A DNA stretch of 64,000 nt, taken from the NCBI GenBank assembly GCA_024704765.1, contig JAKMXF010000365.1:186001-250000 (forward strand), given 5' to 3'. The notes under the pieces are model-generated. The model was not told the origin of the DNA and did no database searches. It worked only from the letters and a program-made list of their open reading frames with translations. The number at the start of each line of letters is the position of its first letter. Position 1 is the first letter of the stretch. Source of the stretch: Oopsacas minuta (lineage: Eukaryota; Animalia; Porifera). Position numbers and translations under genes: made by a program. Below, piece by piece: positions 25,937 through 36,320 of the stretch.

Positions 25937-27118
25937 ATGGCAACACCTTTAGATACACAACAACTAACAAATTGGGATGAGATCGAGTATGAGCTAAACA
26001 CTGCATTTGATCTAATGATACTAAATGTGAATAGGCGACGTGCTAATCTATTAGATAAAATGAACTTTCTAAGAGCTGAATGCAGAGATATGCCAGAGTT
26101 AATCCAACAAATGAAAGAACAACTGGATAGTCTAGGATCTCAGATGTCTAATATTGCAAAACAGTTTCATACACAGGAAATTGAATTATGGGAAAATGGT
26201 ATTAGCAAGTACCAATTCGTATGGAATGCAGATGAAATGAACTTGTTGTTAGATAAACTGGGCGAAATTGTGAAGTTCCCGCTGGCATATCAGAACAAAA
26301 ATGTTCCAAAATTGACATTCGGGACTGAGCCTGGACCAGGGATTCGCTTGGCATCAGGCTTTGCAGTGGATGAAAAATGTGGATTGATTGCTGTTGGTGA
26401 GTTGGAAACAGAGTCAATTCTGATATATAATATGGCTGGGGAATTTGTTAACACTATTACAGACAATCAAATTACAATCCCAAATTCCATAACCTTCGGG
26501 GAAAATTGCTCATTATATATTTCTAATTATCACCATCAGTCAGTGTTAAAATTTTCATCCAAGAAGAATGACTTATCACAAGATATTATCCTTGATATTG
26601 TAATTGATCTCTCTCAATTCGAATATGGATATATTTCCGCACTCGATTTCGATCAGACTTCTAAAAGACTTTATGGAACTTTGGAAAAGTATCATAAAAT
26701 CTTGATTTTTGACACGGAATTGACACTCATCGATATTTTCAATCCTGGACTACAATTCCCACAAGACATCAAAGTAAAGAACAACAACATATTCGTATTG
26801 GATTACAGCAATCCTTGTTTTCACATAATTTCCAAACTGAACCAAATGAAACTATTTTCTATCATTTCCAGAGGTACAAATTTCAAGTTCAATTCGCCTC
26901 AACTATTTTCTTTGGATTCTGAATCTAACATATTTGTTACAGATATTATAAACCACAAAATTCTGATGTACACACCTTCAGGCCAGCTTACGCAAGTTCT
27001 TTTCGATTGTGGACAATCTAAAGGAGAATTGTTTGTTCCAGCCGGCGTACATGTAACAGCAACAAATCAAATAATCGTGCTTTCTCAAAATACACTTTAT
27101 CCAATACAAATATTTTGA
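25937..27118 (+). CDS. Coiled-coil + NHL-repeat beta-propeller protein (RING-less TRIM/NHL-like), 393 aa
   Basis: N-terminal coiled coil. NHL-like repeats ASGFAVD, IPNSITF, FPQDIKV, SPQLFSLD...IFVTD, GELFVPAGVHV. Confidence 0.85.
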   Translation: MATPLDTQQLTNWDEIEYELNTAFDLMILNVNRRRANLLDKMNFLRAECRDMPELIQQMKEQLDSLGSQMSNIAKQFHTQEIELWENGISKYQFVWNADEMNLLLDKLGEIVKFPLAYQNKNVPKLTFGTEPGPGIRLASGFAVDEKCGLIAVGELETESILIYNMAGEFVNTITDNQITIPNSITFGENCSLYISNYHHQSVLKFSSKKNDLSQDIILDIVIDLSQFEYGYISALDFDQTSKRLYGTLEKYHKILIFDTELTLIDIFNPGLQFPQDIKVKNNNIFVLDYSNPCFHIISKLNQMKLFSIISRGTNFKFNSPQLFSLDSESNIFVTDIINHKILMYTPSGQLTQVLFDCGQSKGELFVPAGVHVTATNQIIVLSQNTLYPIQIF

Positions 27119-28465
27119 ATTGTGTTAGTAGATATTTTCTATGTTACTTACAAGGTATTGTATAGGTGTAGGTCTTAATTAAATTAATATAGTTTCAGTT
27201 TCAAATTATATTGCTGTAATGTTTTGTATCCATATATTCCTTAAGCACAGTATTCAAATAGCTAATATCCATAGCCCATTTAATCACTGTCTCCATTAGC
27301 TAGCGAGTTTTAGAATATTGTCCAAGGTGAATGGATAAAAATATACACATAACAAATTTCAAATCAATTGGAGGAACATTGCACACTTTCATTCAATTAG
27401 CATCCAAAATACTGCATCACTAGCTTGGCAGTGAGGATGTGGCAACGGAGTGGCCAAGTCCCACATCTATTCTAATGGGCAAGCAAGTGAACTTGAACGA
27501 GCACATGTGACCGATAAGTAAACCCAATCGTACAAACTAAATGTGTTACATTAATTAGCACAGTTTATCACACACAAAAGTAAACACAAACCACAAGAAT
27601 TCTCTTACGGACATGATTGGAAGAGAATTTGTAAATTAACACAATTCGGAAGTGTGAATAGTTTCAATATTCATCTGTGATGTAATTTCTGATATAGGTT
27701 CAAAGATGAAAAGTTGTTGTTGTGGGTAAAACATCTGTAGTTGTTTGGGATCCCTTGTATCAGTCGGAAACAGTGATCTTTCGGCTAATCAAAGGAACAT
27801 GAAGAATAAGTATGTGTGATATATATATACAGACAATATTCGGGAATTCGAACCTCGGAGGAATCAAAATCTGTTTGAGTCTTATCAAAATACAATAAAG
27901 ACATTCAAAATTTTCAACAATCATATTTCTAAAATATGTTTTTATTGCATTTTTGAGTACTAAAAGTACAACTAAGGAATGTGAATATTCGTTCGAGTTA
28001 ATCGACATTCGATTTATCGGATGTCGATTGTACATGTATGCAATACTTCTAACTAAATTAGCGAAGTTATGCACTGATATGATACTAATTATTCAATGAG
28101 CAGAATAGCATTGCTGTAAAAGGGAACTAAAACTCTTACTTTTTACAATCTCTATTTCAGTTAGTTTCACTTTAAAGAATATACTAATAGGAAATGATAT
28201 ATCTTTCCAGAGAGATTACATTTTTCGTGGGAACTGAAGTTGCTGAATACTGCAATTATTCTGAAACCAACCAATATATTTGAAATATTTGCTGTTGTCA
28301 GATTGAATGTTCACTTCTTCTTTATTAGTTCGAATATTCTGATAAAGAAGTGAAAGGTGGAAATTAGTAAAACTTTATCAAATTCTCAAATTTTAAGTCC
28401 GTAGCATTTACCAGTTCATCTGTCAATTCATTTAACTGTGTGAATGCCTATCTCGTCCAACTTAC

Positions 28466-29399
28466 CAATTCTCTTTGCATCAACTCTCACTCCCTCTGTT
28501 GTTATATTAACATAGTTATCCGAGCGGGTTAATAAATCTTCAAATCCCATACTGCATCTAGATACTTTCTCCCACCAGTTCTTCTTGTTAACAGTCCTCA
28601 TTTCCTTGTAAAGATGTTTTTTGTTAACTCCCTCGAGGAATTTGTTGCATAGCATTTGTTGGGCTATATCTTGAGGTTCTAATTTTGGAATTCCACAAGT
28701 TCCTCTTGTATGCTTCTTTGTCTATAAATTTTGAAAATGAAAGTTTAATAACTTTCCAGTGATGACAGCTTTTCATGTAATTTGATAGATTATAAATTGC
28801 AAGCTTAAATGCTAGAGCCACTATTTAAATATTTTCTTGAATGATAATGTGTAAGAAAGTAGAAATACCTTAGCAATGCTTCTTGCAATAGTAAATGTCC
28901 AAACTTGTTCATCACTAAATTGTGTCATATTTGCTTCACCAACAACTTCACCATTAATCTATAGGAGTTATACAATACTGTATTCCTCACTGATTCAGCA
29001 ATTAGCCGATCATTCAATTGATTGCTGAGTCAGATAAATGAGAGAGAAATACAGAAGTTTAGTAAAGGGCATTAGGCAGATACACCCTAGAGCAATCAAA
29101 TGGCGATCTCTTATGGCCATTTCCTGGTGTATAAATAGAATTTTTGTTTCTAACTTTGAACTAACTTTGACAATCCTGTCTCTAACTTTCAATCTTCCGT
29201 CTAAATAAGCCTTTCCTTTCTGGTGAAACTGAAGTAAATAAATTTAGAATACCCTGCATATTCGGGGGTAATATATAAGTCAGAAAATTGTTACCTGTTT
29301 GATGTAAACTTCATGTTTCACTGCTTTTCCATTTCTTTTGGTTTTGAGCTCAACAATAATTCCCAGAGATTTTTCATTTGGACTTCTCAAAGTCACTTC
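28466..29399 (-). CDS. Internal exons of a PDZ-domain protein gene (both ends unresolved)
   Basis: Three phase-0 GT-AG exons 29295-29399, 29166-29228 and 28869-28958 join to EVTLRSPNEKSLGIIV...VYIKQ|FHQKGKAYLDGRLKVRDRIVK|INGEVV...WTFTIAR (PDZ fold). An open exon 28466-28721 follows. Confidence 0.75.
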
Positions 29400-30505
29400 C
29401 TAACATAGAACTATTTACAATATGTTACGTCATATAAGAATAATTACCGTGCCCGAGAGTATAATTACAAATATTGTGCTTATATGCTTGTGGAATAATA
29501 ATCAATACAGCTGGAAATATGATAAATGGCGCGTTATTGTAAGACATTCCAGAATCAAAAAATAGTGACACACCTCAGAGAAATATTAAGTTTTGTTCTC
29601 ACCCAATCAGATTTGAGTCTTTACAATTTTGTGTAGGCTGATGCTATAAAATTGCAATTAGCAGTTAATACTAGATTTAAATGTTAGAATATTTTTAGTT
29701 ATATTATTATCATTTTATTGGTCAGAATCAGCCACTCAAATTCGACCTTCTAAAATATGCATAGTTATTTGATATAAATAATAAATAACTTAAACCTATT
29801 AACTTTCCAAGTTTACTGTAAAAACTGTTTGCCTGTAAGAATAGACAGAAAATAGGGAAAAATTCTGGTCGAAATAAGCAAAAATATCTTGAAAATATTC
29901 TAGGAATGTATTTTCCTGTAAATAACATGATGGGATGATTATTACAGTTTATGCAAAATTGGCTTATTTTTATAAAAGACTCTAATCAGAATATTCATGT
30001 TAAAAATTGCGAGTTAATCTTTCTGATAACCGATAATTCCCAATTCTAAGTTTGCATTCAAATCAAAGAATCGTCCAATTATATAACTCTAATCTCAAAA
30101 AAAAATTAATTAATCCACCGAGTAGACAAGTTCAAATCAATTCGCAGAAAACTCATATAATAATACCTAAATTCAGGTTAATATAGTTACCATAGAGTTG
30201 TTACACATATTTCTACTTAAGAAATATGTTAAAATTAACCAGGTATTAAGAATCTCCATCTTTATCACCTAATCGAGAGAGTTTAAAGTAGTAACATACG
30301 AGCAACACAAATATTACTGTTTATGTAATCAATGAATTGAGGTTGGACAGATTAAGTACTGACAATCTATTCGAGATTAAAGCAATGATAATATCTCATT
30401 ACTGGAAAGAAAATTGCTTGTTCAATGCGATTTTCACTGAAATGTTATAAAAAACAGTATAAATGAGTAAATTGCAAACATTAATACAGTATTTGTGTTC
30501 TGAAC

Positions 30506-31051
30506 ATGAAGTTAAGTACCTCACAATTAGCTTTTGATTGTAATACAGGCGCTGACAGAAATGGTCAAAGTTGCATACCAAACGAACATTTACAAAACCT
30601 GAATTGTTCACATGTGATTTTCAGTGGTTCTGTGCCAGCGCCAGTGGTTCGTATTCCATTCCCTCAAAACGGTAACATGGTGAATGCAATACCAATGAAT
30701 CAACGGATCGGTAAAATGAATATTTTCAGTTTAGGTTTCACAAAAGAAGAAGTATGTGATTTAGAACTTTCAGTTTTGGAAGAAAAAATGAGAAGAAGCC
30801 AACTAAACCAATCTCAAGTACATGTTATTAAAAATGAACGGGAAAGGCTTAAAAGGCAAAAAAGAAAGAAAAGACACAAACAAAAACTTAAAGATGAGTT
30901 CAACGACTTAGAAATGGATGTGGATCACTTGACGCAAATGAAAAGCAGTCTAGAAAAGGAAAAGATCGATCTCGTAGCCGAGATCAATAGCATTGTAACG
31001 TATTTATCCTCTGCTAATAGTTATGAGTTAGCGAATAATGACCTTCAGTAA
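30506..31051 (+). CDS. Diverged CNC/Maf-type bZIP protein, 181 aa
   Basis: LGFTKEEVCDLELSVLEEKMRRSQLNQSQVHVIKNERER resembles the CNC/Skn-1 helical extension. It is followed by a perfect L-x6-L-x6-L-x6-L zipper. Confidence 0.8.
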   Translation: MKLSTSQLAFDCNTGADRNGQSCIPNEHLQNLNCSHVIFSGSVPAPVVRIPFPQNGNMVNAIPMNQRIGKMNIFSLGFTKEEVCDLELSVLEEKMRRSQLNQSQVHVIKNERERLKRQKRKKRHKQKLKDEFNDLEMDVDHLTQMKSSLEKEKIDLVAEINSIVTYLSSANSYELANNDLQ

Positions 31052-32820
31052 TTGCAATAGAGCTCTTCTTAGTCGTAGAGCTAGAGCAAGCGCATTTATC
31101 TCATATTTTAGTAATGTATTAATGCTAGCTTTAATATTTTGGCATGCAAAGCGCAATGATTGTGAATATTGAGAAGATAATTTCCAATAATATTGTTTAA
31201 TATAATTCAATTATCGTAATTACATTACACTTTATTAGAACAGCTTAAAATGGTAGAAATTGGGTACTGTGTCAGGTTTTGAGCATTTTCCAAATCTTTC
31301 AACCCAAGGACAAATATAGAGCAATATGGTTATGATCTGCGTTCCGTGTTCAAAGAGTGAATTCTAGAAGGATCTACGACTTGACTATGTGTGTCAAAGA
31401 ATTATGTTAAAACTAGCTACATTTAGTGCATATTCAATAGCAATACGTATAATTTCAAGGAGTTAATAATGGTAATTATGTGTAAATAGATCAATAAGTA
31501 GAATATCCTATTAGCTGTTTTGACAGAATATATTATTGAATCAAATTGAATAATGTATTAACAGTAGAACCTCGTAAATACGAATTTCAGGACAAGAAGA
31601 AGCCCCTACGAATTGGTATCTATGGAACGTGTCCCTGACCTCCTACTCCTATAGACGGATAACAGACGGATATAAAAATAATGAGTGTAGAAGACTTCAA
31701 TGAATTTCTATAAAAATATTGCTCTCTAACCTTCTGTTTGTGTAAATTAATTAGCTTACAAGAATTAGCGTTTTAGCTTAGTAATCTGTGTAGATCACTT
31801 GTAATATTTTACAGTTCATTTCCTAACTAAGCGAAACTGTTTGCTTGTTTTTGTAGCAATTGTGATACAAGAAGGCCAGTAATGGAAATTATCCGAAAAA
31901 TCTAATATCAAGTATTAATTACATTTTATTGGGTTTACTGATAAATATGAGATTATTCGACTGAATCTAAAGTCATTCGTACAACATTATTGCATATTAC
32001 AAGTTAGTGAGAAACTTCCATCTACTTACCAATTCCTGTTTAATCTAAGAATTGTGTAACTGATACGATCTGTATGCTGAGAATGTTTAGTTTCAAGATT
32101 TACTTAACCTTTAGTTTCGGATACTAATGAGATCACATACAAGTTCTAACTATTTTGGAAGTGCCAATAATGTGTTTCGCTCTGCTCTTCACACCTTTAG
32201 AGATTAAGACATCAAATTTGGCATGTATACTCATAGTGACATCTAGTTGTGCACCTGACATTTGAAAAATTTCCTATGTGTATATTTTCACACCTTTTGA
32301 CACTTCTGTATTTTAGCCCAATCAGATTGTAGGGTATTATAATTAGGCATTAATTCATGTAATTGTATTGTATTGATTGTAGACTGTGATTCTATTGGTC
32401 AATACATTATATTAACTATATACATACACATTTATCATATGATTAATCATATTTTCACACTTTTGGGTGGACATTTCAAAATTATCCTAGAGATTAGCTT
32501 CAACTTGTTAATAGGGGTAAACAGGGACGTAGAATTCGATTTTGACATTTTGAATGTCTAACAAGATTAGTAAAATTCAATTTTATCTTCTTTACTAAAA
32601 TTAATCTGGTGAAGATCTTTTGTTACCGTATCTCAAAAAGGTGTCATAATCATATGACAACGTACGCGACGTTTGGCGACAGTCTCAACTTTCTAGGAGC
32701 ATACTGAACTGTTGCAGTCTTATTTTAGATAAGAAGCTTAGGGAAGTACACTAGCTGATACTTGTTATCCTAAGTATAATTAACTAATAGCTATTACTAT
32801 ATGCCTCTAGGTTAAAATAC

Positions 32821-33126
32821 CTGCAACTCAATGCCCTTAGAATTAACTGTCACAGTAGTCGGCTTATCAGCTTCATATATGCTTAAACTAGACCTCTTTA
32901 CAACAGCAGTTGGTAATAGCATTGCAGGGAATGTAGTTTGTCCGGTTAACATATCTTCAAGACTTCTTGCACCATGAGACTGTAATGTGGAAGAATTTCT
33001 CTCTATTTGAGCTGAACTCCCACGTTTTATATTTATGCTTTCATCTTCGCTTCTTTCCTCGTCTATAAGTGGCATAGAGTGCCACTTGTGGTTACTTAAG
33101 TTTAGGTCAGTTCCCGCGTGAATCAT
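32821..33126 (-). CDS. Candidate first exon of an unidentified spliced gene (Ser-rich, low complexity)
   Basis: ATG with an in-frame upstream stop, 102 open codons, ending CAG|GTATTT. Downstream exons not found. Confidence 0.35.
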
Positions 33127-33560
33127 TAGTCTCTCTCAATATGGATTAATTATAGATTGATTGCATGTTTTATCAACAAACGGAGCCTATTGAAATTATC
33201 TTGCTATGGAATTGATGCATTACCACATTTATATTAATTGGATAATACAACAACTGCCTACTCACCAACAAGAAGTGGTTTGTTGTTCGGACACACAGAT
33301 AATTATAATATATTAGAGTGTAATTACATATATTAAATCAGAATACTTTATTACTAATCAGATTATGCGTTATAGCTGATGAAGTCGATTTCTCTTTAAT
33401 CCTAGCATTGTCATAGACAATACAGATCTGATTAGTAACTGTCCTTGCGAACGTGTTTCTTAATATCGAAGTAATATTCGCGATCTTTTGAGCTTCAGTA
33501 TAACGGGAATTGACTACACGTATTTCACTAATCTAATTATCTAATTAAGTGTGATTAAAT

Positions 33561-34784
33561 ATGGCTACCAGAGAACCTTCTACTTCACATCCTAATGCCA
33601 ACCAAATTTTCAACCTACAAATCGATTCTAGTGTCTACGATACTGCTAGGGAGGAGGTTAGACAGAAATTCAAAAATCTGAGAGAGGAGATTGACAAGAA
33701 AGAAAGGAATTTATTAACTCGAATCAATGAAATAGAACACGAGGACAGTAGCAATACGCTACCTGCAGGAAAAACCCAGAAAATAAATATAGTTTGGCAT
33801 CTAAACAGCTTTCTTCTTGCATTAGAATCTATTAGCTTGCTAGTTCGAAGTAGTGCAAAAGATTCTTTAATTAAGACTAAGAAATTATGGGAAACTTCAG
33901 GGCAAGGCTCGAACAGAGGCGAATTGTGTAATCCCAAAAGTTTTGCACTCTCAGAAGAGTCTGGGAAAATTTACATAGCTGACACGGGTAACAAACGTAT
34001 CAGCTGTTTTGACTCACTAGGCCGGATAATTCGCGTCAGAGACTTGACAAATATTACTCCCTTCACCTCAATTCCTGAACTGATAATACTTAATCCTATT
34101 TATGATTTACTTTGGATCTACGCGACCGATGGACAACATCTTTTTCATTTTCTGGCGATTAATACTGACGATTTTAATGAGCGACATAACGTGAAGACTG
34201 TCTCTGGAGTAAAGGCTCTCTCCATCGGCCCGACACACCATAATCCCGTCTATTACTGCTACACAACTAGCGATCATTCGATTACATATGGGGAAATTGA
34301 CAAGGATGATAATAAGGCTATATCGTTAGAATCTTACCATCTAGATGGGTGTCAAAAGGATGTCCAATTAGAAGTATTCGATGAATTTATTTACGTGTTA
34401 TACCGAGACAGCTCTGAGTATAGAATCCTCAAATTTGATTTTAAGGGCAAATTATGTCAGTGCTACTTTCCCTGTCAAGAATTTGGGAAAATTGAATGTT
34501 TCTCATTGATTTCACCGACTTGCTTCGTACTCGGAAGAATAGGGGATGCTCCAATTAATAAACCACCGAAATCAAATGTTCTATCCCCCGAGAGGAAAGA
34601 GAATTGTTTACAGGTCTGCATGGTGTCTGCCGACGGACAAATAAGGGGACAACTATCTCATCCCGTACGCCTAGGCTCTGAAGAGTTAGAATCGTATCAT
34701 ATGAAATGTTCTCAACTTATCGTCCACGAGAATAAGCTCATTATACTTCTAAGAGGATGTAGTAATAATTTGATTGCATTCTAG
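33561..34784 (+). CDS. Coiled-coil + degenerate NHL/beta-propeller protein, 407 aa
   Basis: AREEVRQKFKNLREEIDKKERNLL coiled coil, then one clear NHL repeat GQGSNRGELCNPKSFALSEESGKIYIADTGNKRISCFD and a diverged beta-rich remainder. Confidence 0.8.
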   Translation: MATREPSTSHPNANQIFNLQIDSSVYDTAREEVRQKFKNLREEIDKKERNLLTRINEIEHEDSSNTLPAGKTQKINIVWHLNSFLLALESISLLVRSSAKDSLIKTKKLWETSGQGSNRGELCNPKSFALSEESGKIYIADTGNKRISCFDSLGRIIRVRDLTNITPFTSIPELIILNPIYDLLWIYATDGQHLFHFLAINTDDFNERHNVKTVSGVKALSIGPTHHNPVYYCYTTSDHSITYGEIDKDDNKAISLESYHLDGCQKDVQLEVFDEFIYVLYRDSSEYRILKFDFKGKLCQCYFPCQEFGKIECFSLISPTCFVLGRIGDAPINKPPKSNVLSPERKENCLQVCMVSADGQIRGQLSHPVRLGSEELESYHMKCSQLIVHENKLIILLRGCSNNLIAF

Positions 34785-35051
34785 TTATTATTTTGAATTT
34801 ATTTGTAGTTTCATACATATGTATAATCACGTTATCATTACTTTTACTTCCGTCATGTTATGAAGCATTTACTTCATGGAAGAACAAATCAAATGACAGT
34901 TATTAGTGTCCTTATTGAGTAATTCTATTAATACACACATTTTGTGACGTAACACATGTAAACCTTCAATTTCAATTTGGTATCCAGACAGAAATTATAT
35001 AAAGGAACTTCTCTTTTTTAGATCATTCATATTTCAAATAAATTAGAGGCA

Positions 35052-35672
35052 ATGACAAGCAAGAAGGATAGAGAACTTATGCGACAGAATGACAGAGAGT
35101 TCCGTAGCACTGAGAGACAATTGCAACGAGACAGAGGACAGCTGGAGAAACAGGAGAAGCAGCTGGAGATGGACATCAGGAAAGCTGCCAAACAAGGGAA
35201 CCAACAAGCCGCTACTACTCTCGCTAAACAGCTGATACAAGTCCGCAACCAGAAAACTAAGAGTATGGCTATGAGTGGGAAAATGACAGCTCTTAACCAC
35301 CAAACTAAGACAATGGCTTCCACAGCTAAAATGGCACAAACAATGGGAGCGACCGCCAAGACTATGGCAAAAGTTAACGATCAATTTGACCCCGTAAAAG
35401 TACAAAAGACAATGATGGAATTTGAGAAAGAGAGCACTAAAATGGAGATGAGCGAAGAGTTAATGACCGAGACTCTTGATTCGGCTCTCGCCGCTTCAGA
35501 CGATGAGGCCGAAACGGACGCTGTGGTCTCTAATATCCTAGACGAAATCGGTATCGAGATGACTGGCAAATTAGCCTCGGCGCCCCGTGGTCTCCCAGAG
35601 GCTGAGAAGACAGGCAAGAAAGACATTACTGATGATGATATTGAGAGAATGCTAGCACAACTCAAATCTTAA
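35052..35672 (+). CDS. CHMP2B: ESCRT-III subunit CHMP2B
   Basis: RQNDREFRSTERQLQRDRGQLEKQEKQLE...LAKQLIQVRNQKTK...ILDEIGIE...DDDIERMLAQL (C-terminal MIM1). Confidence 0.93.
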   Translation: MTSKKDRELMRQNDREFRSTERQLQRDRGQLEKQEKQLEMDIRKAAKQGNQQAATTLAKQLIQVRNQKTKSMAMSGKMTALNHQTKTMASTAKMAQTMGATAKTMAKVNDQFDPVKVQKTMMEFEKESTKMEMSEELMTETLDSALAASDDEAETDAVVSNILDEIGIEMTGKLASAPRGLPEAEKTGKKDITDDDIERMLAQLKS

Positions 35673-36320
35673 CTTTACATTATCTAATACTAACTATGAG
35701 TGATTGTATGATATATATGTTCTGTCAAAATTATGTTTATATAAAGTAGACTCCACTTGCTAAGGTCACTTCGGGACACGGCCATTTCCCTAATGACGGT
35801 ACGTATAACATCTCTCCTCTCTCTCTCTCTCCCTCCAGCAATATTTGTTGATAAAACTGAATACCGGATGGTGTTGGTCCCATTAATAACCCCATGGCAA
35901 GCTTAACAGCTGATCTTATTAATTAAGCGTAGTCTACTCTAATATTACAGTTTATTCTCAACCATATAATTAATTCAGTTCCTTTATTGAATATATAACT
36001 ATCTGTATTTCTTGTTGAGATTGGAAAGAAAGATTGACACATATTTTGAAAGAACATTCACACAACTCAAATCATAACTGTTCATATCTTTCACGTGGTT
36101 ATATTAATTATTAAAATTCAGATTCCAAGATGATAGATACACATTTCTTATAACTTTGTATAATACTCAAGTAATTGGCCCTTATTTGAGCTTCTTAGAG
36201 GAAGATTATTAGGTCAATTCGTGGCTGGGAATTTGACCCGAGGTTCGATAGTCTCTATTAAGAGTCTAGTTAAATATTAATAATAATAATTGCAATATTT
36301 AGCTGTAGCTTCTAAGCATT

